64,000 nucleotides of DNA from Candidatus Dormiibacterota bacterium. Its GTDB lineage: Bacteria; Chloroflexota; Dormibacteria; Aeolococcales; Aeolococcaceae. The notes under the pieces are model-generated. The model did no database searches, was not told where the DNA came from, and saw nothing but the letters and a program-made list of their open reading frames with translations. Of the stretch, positions 47,252 to 58,563 are shown one piece after another. Where the stretch lies: the NCBI GenBank assembly GCA_963718525.1, contig OY970355.1, positions 192,001 to 256,000 of the forward strand. The letters run 5' to 3'. The position numbers were made by a program, and so were the translations under genes. How positions within the stretch are numbered: the first letter of the stretch is position 1; each line of letters begins with the position of its first letter.

Positions 47252-48478
47252 TCACGGCGAGACAGGGGTACCGTTGACCGTGATCTTCTTGAGTTGGGCA
47301 ATACACAGTGCCTGCAGCGTTGGTCCCAATGGTGTGTAGTTGACCGAACCCGTCAGGTCCTGACCCTTGGTCAACACCCAAGAGAAGAAGTTGACGAGGG
47401 CAGCCGCCGTCGCGGCCTTGGTCTGGTTCTGGTAGACAAGTGCCCATGTCAATCCGGTGATCGGGTATGCCTGCGGATTCGACGACTGGTTGACAATGTC
47501 AACCCGGAGATCGGATGGGTAACTGGTGATCCCCACCGTTGCATTGGCTGCGGTCTGCTCGCACGGCTCGATGAAGTTACCTGCCTTGTTCTTGACGTCG
47601 GCGTAGGTCTGGTGCTGCGCGATGGCGTAGTCGAGCTCGATATACCCAATGCCACCTGGGGTTTGGCTGATGACGGCAGATACACCCTCGTTGCCCTTGC
47701 CGCCGATCCCAACCGGCCACGCCACCGTCTTGCCAACGCTGGTGGTCGATCCGCCGAGGGCGGTCACCCAGGCAGGGCTCGTCTGAGTCAGGAAGTCGGT
47801 GAAGATGGCCGTCGTTCCCGACCCGTCCGAACGGTGGGCGACGGCGATGGGGGTACTCGGCAAGGTGATCCCCGGGTTCAGGGCCTTGATCGCCGGGTCA
47901 TTCCAGGCTGTGATGCCCCCGGAGAAGATCTTGCCGATCGTGTCGCCGTCGAGCTTGAGACCACTTGCAACGCCGGGGAGGTTGTACGCAACCACGACCG
48001 GCGCCTGCACCAGTGGGATCTGCACCACGGGACCCTTTGCCTTTGCGATGTCGGAATCCTTCATGAACGCATCCGAGTCGCCGAAGTCGACGGTATTCGC
48101 CTGAAGCTGAGCGATACCAGCGCCGGAGCCCACCGACTGGTATGCGACCTGCACCCCATTAGACGTTGCGTATGCCTTCGTCCAGACGGACATCATGGGC
48201 GCAACAAACGTCGAGCCCGCCCCACTCAGGGTAGTCGCCTGACCAGAGACGGTAGCGAGCCCGTTCGTATAGCCAGGGTTGGCGGTGGTACCAGTGCAGA
48301 CGGGAGTGGGTGTCGCGCTCGGAGCCGCCGTCCCAGGGGAGCTGGTGGATCCGCAGGCCGCAAGGACCGAGCCCCCCAGCAGCAGCGTCAACGCCCCCCG
48401 CACGCCCGCGCCTCGACGCCAGAATGGGCGCTTGCAACTCAGCGATGTTTCGATCTCAACGATCATCTCGGCCCTCAA
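47252..48478 (-). CDS. pstS: Phosphate-binding lipoprotein PstS (true start may be later)
   Basis: Lipobox LAAC; GAGSTF, GSGAG, DFGDSD, HRSDGSGTT, GGKGNEGV. Confidence 0.95.
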   Translation of the reverse strand: MRAEMIVEIETSLSCKRPFWRRGAGVRGALTLLLGGSVLAACGSTSSPGTAAPSATPTPVCTGTTANPGYTNGLATVSGQATTLSGAGSTFVAPMMSVWTKAYATSNGVQVAYQSVGSGAGIAQLQANTVDFGDSDAFMKDSDIAKAKGPVVQIPLVQAPVVVAYNLPGVASGLKLDGDTIGKIFSGGITAWNDPAIKALNPGITLPSTPIAVAHRSDGSGTTAIFTDFLTQTSPAWVTALGGSTTSVGKTVAWPVGIGGKGNEGVSAVISQTPGGIGYIELDYAIAQHQTYADVKNKAGNFIEPCEQTAANATVGITSYPSDLRVDIVNQSSNPQAYPITGLTWALVYQNQTKAATAAALVNFFSWVLTKGQDLTGSVNYTPLGPTLQALCIAQLKKITVNGTPVSP

Positions 48479-48534
48479 ATACCCCGTTTCATCCGCCGTC
48501 CGGCGACTGCACGGCCCTATCCTGCCGATCGACT

Positions 48535-48578
48535 CGTTAACGGCGACACATCCAGCGGGTTAAGGAGCGCTTAACGGT
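48535..48578 (-). promoter_or_regulatory. Candidate Pho box upstream of pstS
   Basis: TTAA cores at 48537, 48560 and 48571 (11-bp spacing between the last two) in GC-rich DNA. Confidence 0.5.
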
Positions 48579-48616
48579 TGTCGCCCGTCCGTGGTCCGGG
48601 TTGAGGCACGTGTTGG

Positions 48617-50306
<1,690 letters not shown>

Positions 50307-50310
<4 letters not shown>

Positions 50311-51425
50311 GCCCCCACCTCGACGGTCCTGCGGAATCGCGCGGGTGACCATGGCCGGGTGGCCGCCGGCCACGCGCTCCCGGCCAGCGCACTCGCGACG
50401 GCGTCCGCCGTGGCAGGGGCAAGGAGATACCCGTTCCGATAGTGACCCGTGGCGAGGATGAGGCCGGGCGTGGTGGCCTCACCAACCAGCGGCATATTGT
50501 CGGGAGACCCTGGGCGCAGGCCTGCAGACGCCTCCACAAGCTCCAGTTCGGCGACGTCCGGGAGGAGGGCTCGCGCCTCACGGAGCAGCTCATACACGGC
50601 GCCCGCGGTGACCGACGTGTCGAAGCCACGTTCCTCGACGGTACCGCCGATCACGACGCGGCCATCGCCTCTCGGCAGTATGTACACCGAGGCGCCGCGA
50701 ACAGTCCGCGCGATCATCTCGGGCGCACCGCGGAGCCGGAGGATCTGGCCCTTCACCGGGCGCACGGGCGGGACGTCCTCTTTTGGAATCCCAGACACCA
50801 CCCCGGACCAGCATCCCGCGGCGAGCACGACCCACGACGCATCGAGGCGTTCGCCTCCATCGAGATTCACCCCGGTCGCGCGACCGGCCTCGACGACCAG
50901 CGCGGCTCTGGAACGGTGGATCTGCACGCCGAGCCGGTTGCAGGCCTGCAGCAAGGTCGGGACCATGGCCCTGGGGTCGACCTGGTGGTCCGACTCCACA
51001 AGCATGCCGCCCCGAATCGAGGGCGCAAGCCCGGGCTCGAGATCACGAGTCTCGCGGGATGTCAGGCGCTCCACGGGGAGCCCGAGTTCCTGGCGGTGGC
51101 GGAGCTGGCGCTCCAGCGCGGACTGCTCGTCGGCATCGACCGCCACGTGAAGGGTCCCCGTCTGGCGATAGCCGGCAGTCCGGCCGGCGTCGAGCTCGAG
51201 CTCCGCGATGAAGGAGGGGTATCGAGCGGCGGAGTCCCGGTTGAGTGCGACGACGGCCTCCTCACCGTATTCGGCTTCGCCCACCGGAGCGAGCATTCCC
51301 GCAGCGAAATGAGATGCGCCCGACCCCGGCTCCGGATCCACGACCGCCACGCTCATGCCGGCTCGAGCAGCGCGCCAGGCCACCGATAGACCGATGACAC
51401 CTCCGCCGATGACCACTGCGTCCAC
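50307..51425 (-). CDS. thiO: Glycine oxidase ThiO
   Basis: IGGGVIG, AAGMLAP, PVKGQ, AGLRP, GHYRNG.LLAP; GTG after a GGAGGA RBS. Confidence 0.92.
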
Positions 51426-51451
51426 GCGTCTCCTCCGATGCTGGTCCGAGT

Positions 51452-52177
51452 TTACGGGGCGCGGTCGATTGCGCCGATCCGGTCCAGGCGGTACCCGACG
51501 CCGAAGACGGTGGTGATGCGGAAGGGGATCTGGGCGAATGGCTCGAACTTCTCGCGGAGCCATCTGACATGCACGTCGACGGTCTTGGGATCCCCATAGA
51601 AGCGGTTGCCCCACACCGCCGCGATGATCGCCTGACGCGACAGCACCCGACCGTGGTTGCGCAGCAGCAACGAGAGGAGGTCGAATTCCTTCGGTGCGAG
51701 CCGGAGCTCGACGCTCTCGACGTGGATCGTGCGGGCCGCGCGGTCGATTTTGAAGCCCTCGAACTCCTCGATCTCGGGTGCGCCGGTCGGCCGTGCGCTC
51801 ATCTCCGAACGGCGAAGCAGGGCGGTGACCCGTGCAAGCAGCTCGTTGAAGGAAAAGGGTTTGGTCACGTAGTCATCGGCGCCGAGCTGCAGGCCCACGA
51901 CCTTGTCGACCTCGGATCCCTTGGCGGTGAGCATGAGGATCGGCGTCGACGATTCCTGGCGCAGCACCCGGCACACCTCCAGGCCGCTCAGGCCCGGAAG
52001 CATCACGTCGAGGAGGATCAGGTCCGGCCGCTCTGCTCGCGCGAGGCTCAGCGCGTCAGGTCCGGTCGCAGCCTCGAGGACCTGGTAGCCCTCGCGGGCG
52101 AGGTTGTAGCGCAGCGTCTCGCGTATGGCATCCTCGTCCTCGACCACGAGGATGCGTTTGGCGACGGTGGGCGCCAT
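51452..52177 (-). CDS. OmpR-family response regulator (PhoB/PhoP/RegX3-like)
   Basis: LVVEDE, LLDVMLP, GADDYVTKPF, KTVDVHVRWLREK; adjacent to the pst genes. Confidence 0.9.
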   Translation of the reverse strand: MAPTVAKRILVVEDEDAIRETLRYNLAREGYQVLEAATGPDALSLARAERPDLILLDVMLPGLSGLEVCRVLRQESSTPILMLTAKGSEVDKVVGLQLGADDYVTKPFSFNELLARVTALLRRSEMSARPTGAPEIEEFEGFKIDRAARTIHVESVELRLAPKEFDLLSLLLRNHGRVLSRQAIIAAVWGNRFYGDPKTVDVHVRWLREKFEPFAQIPFRITTVFGVGYRLDRIGAIDRAP

Positions 52178-52236
52178 CGAACGAGCTTAGCTGTTCGCTT
52201 CGATGCGCGCCTTGGCACGAGCCTATACTCGCCAGG

Positions 52237-53304
52237 GTGGAGGTGTCGAGCGTCGTCGAACTGCTCTCCGGTTCCGGCAGCATCGACGTTCTGCGCGCCG
52301 TCGGAGTGCTGCTCGACCCCGGAATCGTCGGCCTGGATGCGGATGGACGCGTGCTGCTCGCCAACGAGCCCGCTCGCCGATTGCTCGGACTTGCGTTGGT
52401 CGAAGGCTCCGACTTCGTCGCAGGTGAGGTCGACTACCGTCTCATCCGGTTGCTGGATGCCGCACGCCAGAGCGGGCAGGTCGAGGAGCGTGCGATCACG
52501 CTGCATGACCGGGACTTCAACGCCCGGGCGATCGCACTCAACGGTGAGGTGTCGACCGTCCTGATGGTGCGCGACGAGACCCGCGTGCACCATCTCGAGC
52601 GAGTTCGGCGCGACTTTGTCAGTAACGTCTCGCACGAGTTGCGCACGCCGATCACCGCCGTCCAGCTGATCGCCGAGACGCTGGCCAATGGCGGGCTCGA
52701 GGATCCTGATGCGGCCGCCGATTTCGTGCGACGCATCGGGCAGGAGGCGTCGCACATGGCGCAGATGGTCGAGGAGCTGCTGGAGCTGAGCACCATCGAG
52801 TCGGGGCTGCGCCCGATGGCGAGCGAGCGCGTCGCCATCGCCAGTCTGATGAGCAGCATGGACCGTCTCCGCCCGCTCGCCGAAAGCAAGGGCGTCACAC
52901 TCGAGGTCAGCGTCGCACCAGGGACGCCGGATCTGATCGGCGACGCTTCTCACCTCGGCCAGGTGCTTCGCAACCTCGCTCACAACGCGATCAAATTCAC
53001 GCCGTCCGGCGGCCGGATCACCATCAGCGCCAGCCCAGGGGGTGCCGGCCAGGTGGTGCTGAGCTGCCGCGACACCGGCGTCGGGATCACACCTGCGGAC
53101 CTGCCACGGATCTACGAGCGTTTCTGGAAGGCCGACAGCTCGCGGCAGCGCGACGGCGAGGGTTCAGGGCTGGGGCTCGCCATCGTCCGCCACGTCGTCG
53201 AGGCGCATGGAGGTACGGTGTCGGTCACCTCCGAGCCTCGCCGCGGGACGGAGTTCCAGGTGATCCTTCCGGCGGAGGTCGAGGGTCGGCGCGGGAGCGA
53301 TTGA
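52237..53304 (+). CDS. PhoR-like histidine kinase (PAS-HisKA-HATPase, no evident TM)
   Basis: RRDFVSNVSHELRTP, NLAHNAIKF, DTGVGI, ERFWKAD, GSGLGLAI. Confidence 0.9.
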   Translation: MEVSSVVELLSGSGSIDVLRAVGVLLDPGIVGLDADGRVLLANEPARRLLGLALVEGSDFVAGEVDYRLIRLLDAARQSGQVEERAITLHDRDFNARAIALNGEVSTVLMVRDETRVHHLERVRRDFVSNVSHELRTPITAVQLIAETLANGGLEDPDAAADFVRRIGQEASHMAQMVEELLELSTIESGLRPMASERVAIASLMSSMDRLRPLAESKGVTLEVSVAPGTPDLIGDASHLGQVLRNLAHNAIKFTPSGGRITISASPGGAGQVVLSCRDTGVGITPADLPRIYERFWKADSSRQRDGEGSGLGLAIVRHVVEAHGGTVSVTSEPRRGTEFQVILPAEVEGRRGSD

Positions 53305-53385
53305 CCGGCTTGCCGTCGCAGAAGGCAGTTGGTTACTATTCGGCGATAGTTACGACGTAGAAAGCTTCCTTGCAGGGGGAGGCCC

Positions 53386-54432
53386 ATGGCGGAACGCGTT
53401 CTCGACATCGATTCGTCGCCCCCGATCGAAGCGCACCCGGCACTTCTCGACCGGCATGCCGGCCTACTCGATGCCGGGCTTCGCAAGTCTGCCCCGCGGA
53501 CACGCGGTCTGCTCCGGCAGATGTCCGCATACCATCTCGGCTGGACTGACGCGCACGGACATCCGGCGAACGACCCGGCTGGAAAGCGCATCCGGCCCGC
53601 GCTCGCCCTTTGGGCCTGCGAATCGCTCGGAGGTGAGGCGGCCTGGGCGCTGCCGGCGGCGGTTGCCGTCGAGCTGATCCACAACTTCACGCTGATCCAC
53701 GACGACATCCAGGACGGCGACCAGCTCCGCCGCCACCGGCCAACGGTCTGGACCATCTGGGGCGCGGAGCAGGGCATCAACGCCGGGGACGGCATGTTCG
53801 CCAATGCTCTGAGCGGCCTGCTTGCCCCGGGACCTCGCCCCGGCCGCCGAATGCGTGCTGCTCATCTGCTGAGCTCGGCGGTGGTGCAGGTGGTCGAAGG
53901 CCAGTGTCTCGACCTTTCGCTCGAAGGACGTGCCGGCGCACCGCAGGCGACCTATCTGCGGCTGGTGACCATGAAGACCGGAGCGCTCCTGGGTGCCGCG
54001 ATGGCTGCAGGAGCCGTGCTGGCGGGCGCACCGCGCGCGGTCGCCCAGCGGTTCGACGCCGCCGGCAGGTTGCTCGGGCTGGCGTTCCAGGTGCGCGACG
54101 ACTGGCTGGGCACATGGGGCGATCCCCAGGTCACCGGCAAAGGGCGGAGCGGGGATCTCCGCCGCCGCAAGCTCACCTACCCTGTGGTGGCGGCCTACGA
54201 GGTGGCCACTCCCGTCCGGCGTCGCGAGCTGCGCCGGCTCTTCCGTGATCGTGAGCCGGGTGGCGAGTTTCGGTTGCGCGCGCTGCTCGACGAGCTGGGC
54301 GGGCCGGCGCTGACCGCGGGGGTCCCCATGGTGCTCGCGCGCGACTCCATCGCCGCGCTGACGGGCTTGCCGGACGAGGCACTCACCGACTTTGCGGATC
54401 TGGCGATCCATGTCGCTGAACGCAACCGTTAA
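53386..54432 (+). CDS. Polyprenyl (FPP/GGPP) diphosphate synthase
   Basis: GKRIRP, HDDIQDGD..RR, GQCLD, KTGAL, FQVRDD. Confidence 0.92.
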   Translation: MAERVLDIDSSPPIEAHPALLDRHAGLLDAGLRKSAPRTRGLLRQMSAYHLGWTDAHGHPANDPAGKRIRPALALWACESLGGEAAWALPAAVAVELIHNFTLIHDDIQDGDQLRRHRPTVWTIWGAEQGINAGDGMFANALSGLLAPGPRPGRRMRAAHLLSSAVVQVVEGQCLDLSLEGRAGAPQATYLRLVTMKTGALLGAAMAAGAVLAGAPRAVAQRFDAAGRLLGLAFQVRDDWLGTWGDPQVTGKGRSGDLRRRKLTYPVVAAYEVATPVRRRELRRLFRDREPGGEFRLRALLDELGGPALTAGVPMVLARDSIAALTGLPDEALTDFADLAIHVAERNR

Positions 54433-55495
54433 CTCGAGCACTGACGCGAACACCGGATCGCGCACGGCGTCGCGCAAGGACGAGCACCTGCGCATCAACA
54501 TCGACGAGGACGTCGCTGCCAAGGGAGTGGCAACCGGCTTCGATGAGTGGCGGTTCGTGCACCAGGCGCTCCCCGAGATCGACCTCCGCGACGTGGCGCT
54601 CGGCACACACCTGCTCGGCCGGCACGTCGGCGCCCCGCTGCTGATCTCGTGCATGACCGGCGGGACCGATCAGGCCCGAGTCATCAATGAGCGGCTCGCC
54701 GTCGCCGCGCAGGCCCACGGCCTGGCGATGGGCCTCGGGTCCTGCCGTGTCCTCCTCGAACAACCCGAGGTGCTGCCGACGTTCGATGTCCGCGGGCTCG
54801 CACCCGACGTCCCGCTGCTGGCGAATCTCGGTGCCGTGCAGCTCAACCTCGGTGTCGGCATCGATGACTGCCGCCACCTGCTTCGAACCCTGCGCGCAGA
54901 CGCCCTGGTGCTGCACGTGAACCCGCTGCAGGAGGCGCTGCAGCCGTCGGGCAACACCGATTTCTCAGGGCTGCTCGCGCGCATCGCTTCGGTGTGTGCC
55001 GGGCTTGGTGCGCCGGTCATCGTCAAGGAGGTCGGCTGGGGCATCGCCGACGACCTGGTCAAGCGTCTCTTCGAAGCCGGAGTTGCTGCCGTCGACGTCG
55101 CCGGTGCGGGTGGCACGTCGTGGAGCGAGGTCGAGCGTCATCGCATGCGCGACGCGGTACAGGCACGCGTTGCCGCAGCCTTCGCCGGATGGGGTATCCC
55201 GACGGCTGACGCCTTGATCCGGGCACGCAGCGCTGTGCCGACCGGTGTGCTGATTGCGAGTGGCGGTATCCGCAACGGGATTGACATCGCCAAGGCGTTG
55301 ACCTTTGGTGCCGATTCCGTCGGGATCGCCGGGCCGCTCGTGCGTGCAGCGGCGGCCGGTGATGAGGCGCTCGACGAGACCGTCACGGTGATCCTCGAGG
55401 AGCTGCGACTTGCCATGTTCTGCGTGGGTGCGACGCGAGTCGGCGACCTGAGGAGCGACGCGCGTCTCGTGCGCTGCGATGGACGGGCACCCTGA
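54410..55495 (+). CDS. fni: Type 2 isopentenyl-diphosphate isomerase
   Basis: RKDEHL, MTGG, NLGAVQ, HVNPLQE, VKEVGWG, GAGGTSW, SGGIR. Confidence 0.93.
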   Translation: MSLNATVNSSTDANTGSRTASRKDEHLRINIDEDVAAKGVATGFDEWRFVHQALPEIDLRDVALGTHLLGRHVGAPLLISCMTGGTDQARVINERLAVAAQAHGLAMGLGSCRVLLEQPEVLPTFDVRGLAPDVPLLANLGAVQLNLGVGIDDCRHLLRTLRADALVLHVNPLQEALQPSGNTDFSGLLARIASVCAGLGAPVIVKEVGWGIADDLVKRLFEAGVAAVDVAGAGGTSWSEVERHRMRDAVQARVAAAFAGWGIPTADALIRARSAVPTGVLIASGGIRNGIDIAKALTFGADSVGIAGPLVRAAAAGDEALDETVTVILEELRLAMFCVGATRVGDLRSDARLVRCDGRAP

Positions 55496-56373
55496 TGGCA
55501 CAGGCAACCATGTCGCTCGAAGCGGCCGATGCGTACTGCAGGAGCCTGGTCCGGCACTACGAGAATTTCACCGTCGCGTCGCGGCTCTCACCGCGGTCGC
55601 TGCGCCGCGATCTGACCAGGGTGTACGCCTTCTGCAGGTTCACCGATGATCTCGGCGACGAGAGTGGCGACCGCGCTGTTGCGATGCGGCGTCTGCGCCG
55701 CTGGCGCGACGAGACTCGCGAGAGCTTCGACCACGATGAGCGCACCCACCCGGTCCTTGTCGCACTCGCCGAGACCGTTCACGGGTTCCGTCTCGAGGCA
55801 CAGCCGTTCGTCGACCTGATCGACGCCAATGTGCAGGACCAACGCGTCGACACCTACGAGGATTGGGCAGAGCTCCGCGGATACTGCATGCACTCGGCAG
55901 CACCAGTGGGGCGCATCGTGCTCCGCCTCTTCGACATCCGCGATTCCGCAGCCGTTCCGCTGAGCGACGACGTCTGCATCGGGCTCCAGCTTGCCAACTT
56001 CGCCCAGGACGTCTCCATCGACAGACGGCTCGGCCGGACCTACCTGCTGCAGAGCGAGATCCGCGAACACGGCGTCGACGGCGCCACTCGTTTGATGTGC
56101 GAGCGAGCTCGCACGATGCTCGACGCGAGCCTGGCGCTCGAGGCGCTCGCACCGCCGCGCCTGCGCGTTCAGCTCGCCCTCTACCGCCTCGGTGGTCAGG
56201 CAATTCTCGACGCCATCGCCGCCGCCGGCTATCGCACCAGTGGATTTCGCCCTGCCGTCGACCGGGCCGCGCGAGTGCGAATCGTTGCTGCCGCGCTCTC
56301 GGCGGGCGTCCATCGCAATGGGGCACGGGCCGTCGCGCTGCCGGCACGTCCGGCAGGAGACCGCCGTGCTTGA
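55495..56373 (+). CDS. hpnC: Squalene synthase HpnC
   Basis: HYENFTVAS, YAFCR..DDLGDE, YC..SA.PVGR, LQLANF.QD. Confidence 0.88.
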   Translation: MAQATMSLEAADAYCRSLVRHYENFTVASRLSPRSLRRDLTRVYAFCRFTDDLGDESGDRAVAMRRLRRWRDETRESFDHDERTHPVLVALAETVHGFRLEAQPFVDLIDANVQDQRVDTYEDWAELRGYCMHSAAPVGRIVLRLFDIRDSAAVPLSDDVCIGLQLANFAQDVSIDRRLGRTYLLQSEIREHGVDGATRLMCERARTMLDASLALEALAPPRLRVQLALYRLGGQAILDAIAAAGYRTSGFRPAVDRAARVRIVAAALSAGVHRNGARAVALPARPAGDRRA

Positions 56374-57229
56374 CACGCCCACCCTCCCCGGCGTTCGCGC
56401 GCTGGAGCGCTACTGCGAGGACATGGCCCGCCGCGAGGCGGCCAACTTCTATTGGGGGTTCATCGCACTGCCACGCCAGCAGCGCACGTCGATCTACGCG
56501 CTGTACGACTTCGCACGCCAGGTCGACGATGACGCCGACCTCGACGGACGCACGTCGCGCGAGGACCGGCTCGAGCACCACCGACGCAGGCTTCGCGATA
56601 CCAGACCCGGGGACAGCACCGACCCGGTCATGGGGCTCCTCGCAATCGCGATGCGACGCCACGCGATCCCGATCTCCGAGCTGGACATGCTCATCGATGG
56701 CGTCGCCATTGACCTGACCACGACCCGGTATCAGACGTGGGACGAGCTGAGCGCGTATGCCAACCTGGTTGCGTCGGTCGTGGGACGGATGTGCGTGCGC
56801 ATCTTCGGCTTCCGCGATCCGATCGCGCTGGAACGCGCCGATGAGCTGGGCGTCGCGCTGCAGCTGATCAACATCCTGCGCGACGTGCAGGAGGACGCGA
56901 CGCGCGGTCGCATCTATCTGCCACTCGACGAGCTCGCCGAATTCGGTATCACCGAAGCCGACATCCTCGACGGCCGCGTCGCGCGCGGCTGGCCTGCGTT
57001 CATGGCCATGCAGATCGGACGCGCGCGAAAGCTGCATGCCTCCGGAATTCGGGTCACCGAGTCGATCCCGAAGCAACCCGCTGTCTGTGTACGCACCATG
57101 GCGGGGATCTACCTCGGCATCCTCGATCGGATCGAGGCCGCGCCTGAGCTGCCGCTTCGCGGACGTGCGCGCCTTTCCAAGGCGGCGAAGCTCGGCGTGA
57201 TGGCCCGCTCGTGGCTGGCAGCCGTATGA
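56366..57229 (+). CDS. hpnD: Presqualene diphosphate synthase HpnD
   Basis: NFYWG, RQVDDDAD, VASVVG, LQLINILRDV.EDA.RGRIYLP. Confidence 0.88.
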   Translation: MLDTPTLPGVRALERYCEDMARREAANFYWGFIALPRQQRTSIYALYDFARQVDDDADLDGRTSREDRLEHHRRRLRDTRPGDSTDPVMGLLAIAMRRHAIPISELDMLIDGVAIDLTTTRYQTWDELSAYANLVASVVGRMCVRIFGFRDPIALERADELGVALQLINILRDVQEDATRGRIYLPLDELAEFGITEADILDGRVARGWPAFMAMQIGRARKLHASGIRVTESIPKQPAVCVRTMAGIYLGILDRIEAAPELPLRGRARLSKAAKLGVMARSWLAAV

Positions 57230-58563
57230 CCCGGCAGCCGCGAGTGGCCGTCGTGGGAGCGGGGCTTGCCGGCCTCACCGCAGGGCTCGCGCTTGCCAAG
57301 CGGGGCTGGCGCGTCGACCTCTACGAGCGTTCCCGGCTGCTCGGCGGCAAGACCACCTCATTCGAGGTGGACGGGCATGAGGTCGACTGCGGCCAGCACG
57401 TGGTCCTGGCCTGTTGCACTGCGACACTCGAGCTCATCGAGGAGCTCGGCCTCACGGATTCGCTGTACATCCAGCCGCGCTTCGAGGCCACCGTGCTCTC
57501 GCGCAGACGCCGCCCCGCCACCCTGCGGGCGTCCAACCTGCCGCCACCCCTGCACCTTCTGGCGGGATTCGCGCGCTATCCCCACCTCACCACGCTCGAC
57601 CGGCTCCTGGTCGGACGCGCGCTGCTCGCGGCGCGCACCGACGGGGCGCCCAACGGCACCATGGCCGCCTGGCTGCGCCGGCATCACCAGACCGTGCGCG
57701 CGCTGCGAGCATTCTGGGAGCCGTTCCTGGTGCCGGCGCTCAACGCTCCGCTCGATCGCGTTGCAGCGGAGATGGGCCTGTTTGTCATCCAGACAGCGTT
57801 CCTCGGTGACCGCGACGCAGCGCGCATCGCATATCTGAAGGTTCCTCTCGCGAGGCTCGCAGAGGCCGCTGCAGCGCGTCTGGACGGTGTGCATCTCCGC
57901 CAATCGGTTGTCGGGCTGCATCGCCAAGGTGACCGCGTCACCGGGGTGAAGCTGAGCGGCGGCGCAGGCGCCGCATGCGATGCCTGCGTCATCGCCGTGC
58001 CACCCGCTCGTCTCCAATCGATCCTCGGAGACGCACCGGCGGCGGGCGTTGATGGTCTGGAGGCATTCGAGGCCATGCCCATCGTCGATGTGCACCTCTG
58101 GTACGACCGCCCGGTCCTCGGATGCGACTTCGCGGCGCTCCTCGACTCGCCGGTGCAGTGGGTGTTCGAGAAGTCGCCCGGCTACGTCTGCTGCAGCCTG
58201 AGCGCCGCCGATGACCTGGTGCAGCGCCCGGAACGGGAGCTCGTCGACCTGGGTCGCAGTGAGCTTGCCGCCGTGCTGCCTCAGGCCGCTCGCGCCCGGT
58301 TGCTCAGCGGGGCCGCGACGCGGGACCCTGAAGCCACGTTCATTCCCGCTCCGGACGTGCGCCGCCCGGGGGCCGCCACTGCACTGTCCAACCTCGTCAT
58401 CGCGGGCGCATGGACGGATACCGGTTGGCCCGCAACCATTGAGTTGGCGGTGCGGAGCGGGCGAACCGCGGCGCTCACCCTCTACAGCAACGTTGCCGGG
58501 TGGACGTCAGCACAGAACACTCGGGTCGCGGGCGCGCCGCTGGAGGTTGCGCATGCAGTCTGA
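57226..58563 (+). CDS. hpnE: Hydroxysqualene dehydroxylase HpnE
   Basis: GAGLAGL, VDCGQHV, ATF.P, AGAWTDTGWPAT.E.AVRSG. Confidence 0.88.
   Translation: MTRQPRVAVVGAGLAGLTAGLALAKRGWRVDLYERSRLLGGKTTSFEVDGHEVDCGQHVVLACCTATLELIEELGLTDSLYIQPRFEATVLSRRRRPATLRASNLPPPLHLLAGFARYPHLTTLDRLLVGRALLAARTDGAPNGTMAAWLRRHHQTVRALRAFWEPFLVPALNAPLDRVAAEMGLFVIQTAFLGDRDAARIAYLKVPLARLAEAAAARLDGVHLRQSVVGLHRQGDRVTGVKLSGGAGAACDACVIAVPPARLQSILGDAPAAGVDGLEAFEAMPIVDVHLWYDRPVLGCDFAALLDSPVQWVFEKSPGYVCCSLSAADDLVQRPERELVDLGRSELAAVLPQAARARLLSGAATRDPEATFIPAPDVRRPGAATALSNLVIAGAWTDTGWPATIELAVRSGRTAALTLYSNVAGWTSAQNTRVAGAPLEVAHAV

Noticed and set aside
52178-52198. Second LexA box (CGAAC...GTTCG) between the regulator and kinase
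   Set aside because: The half-sites are about 10 bp apart rather than 4, and overlap the putative -10 of the regulator.
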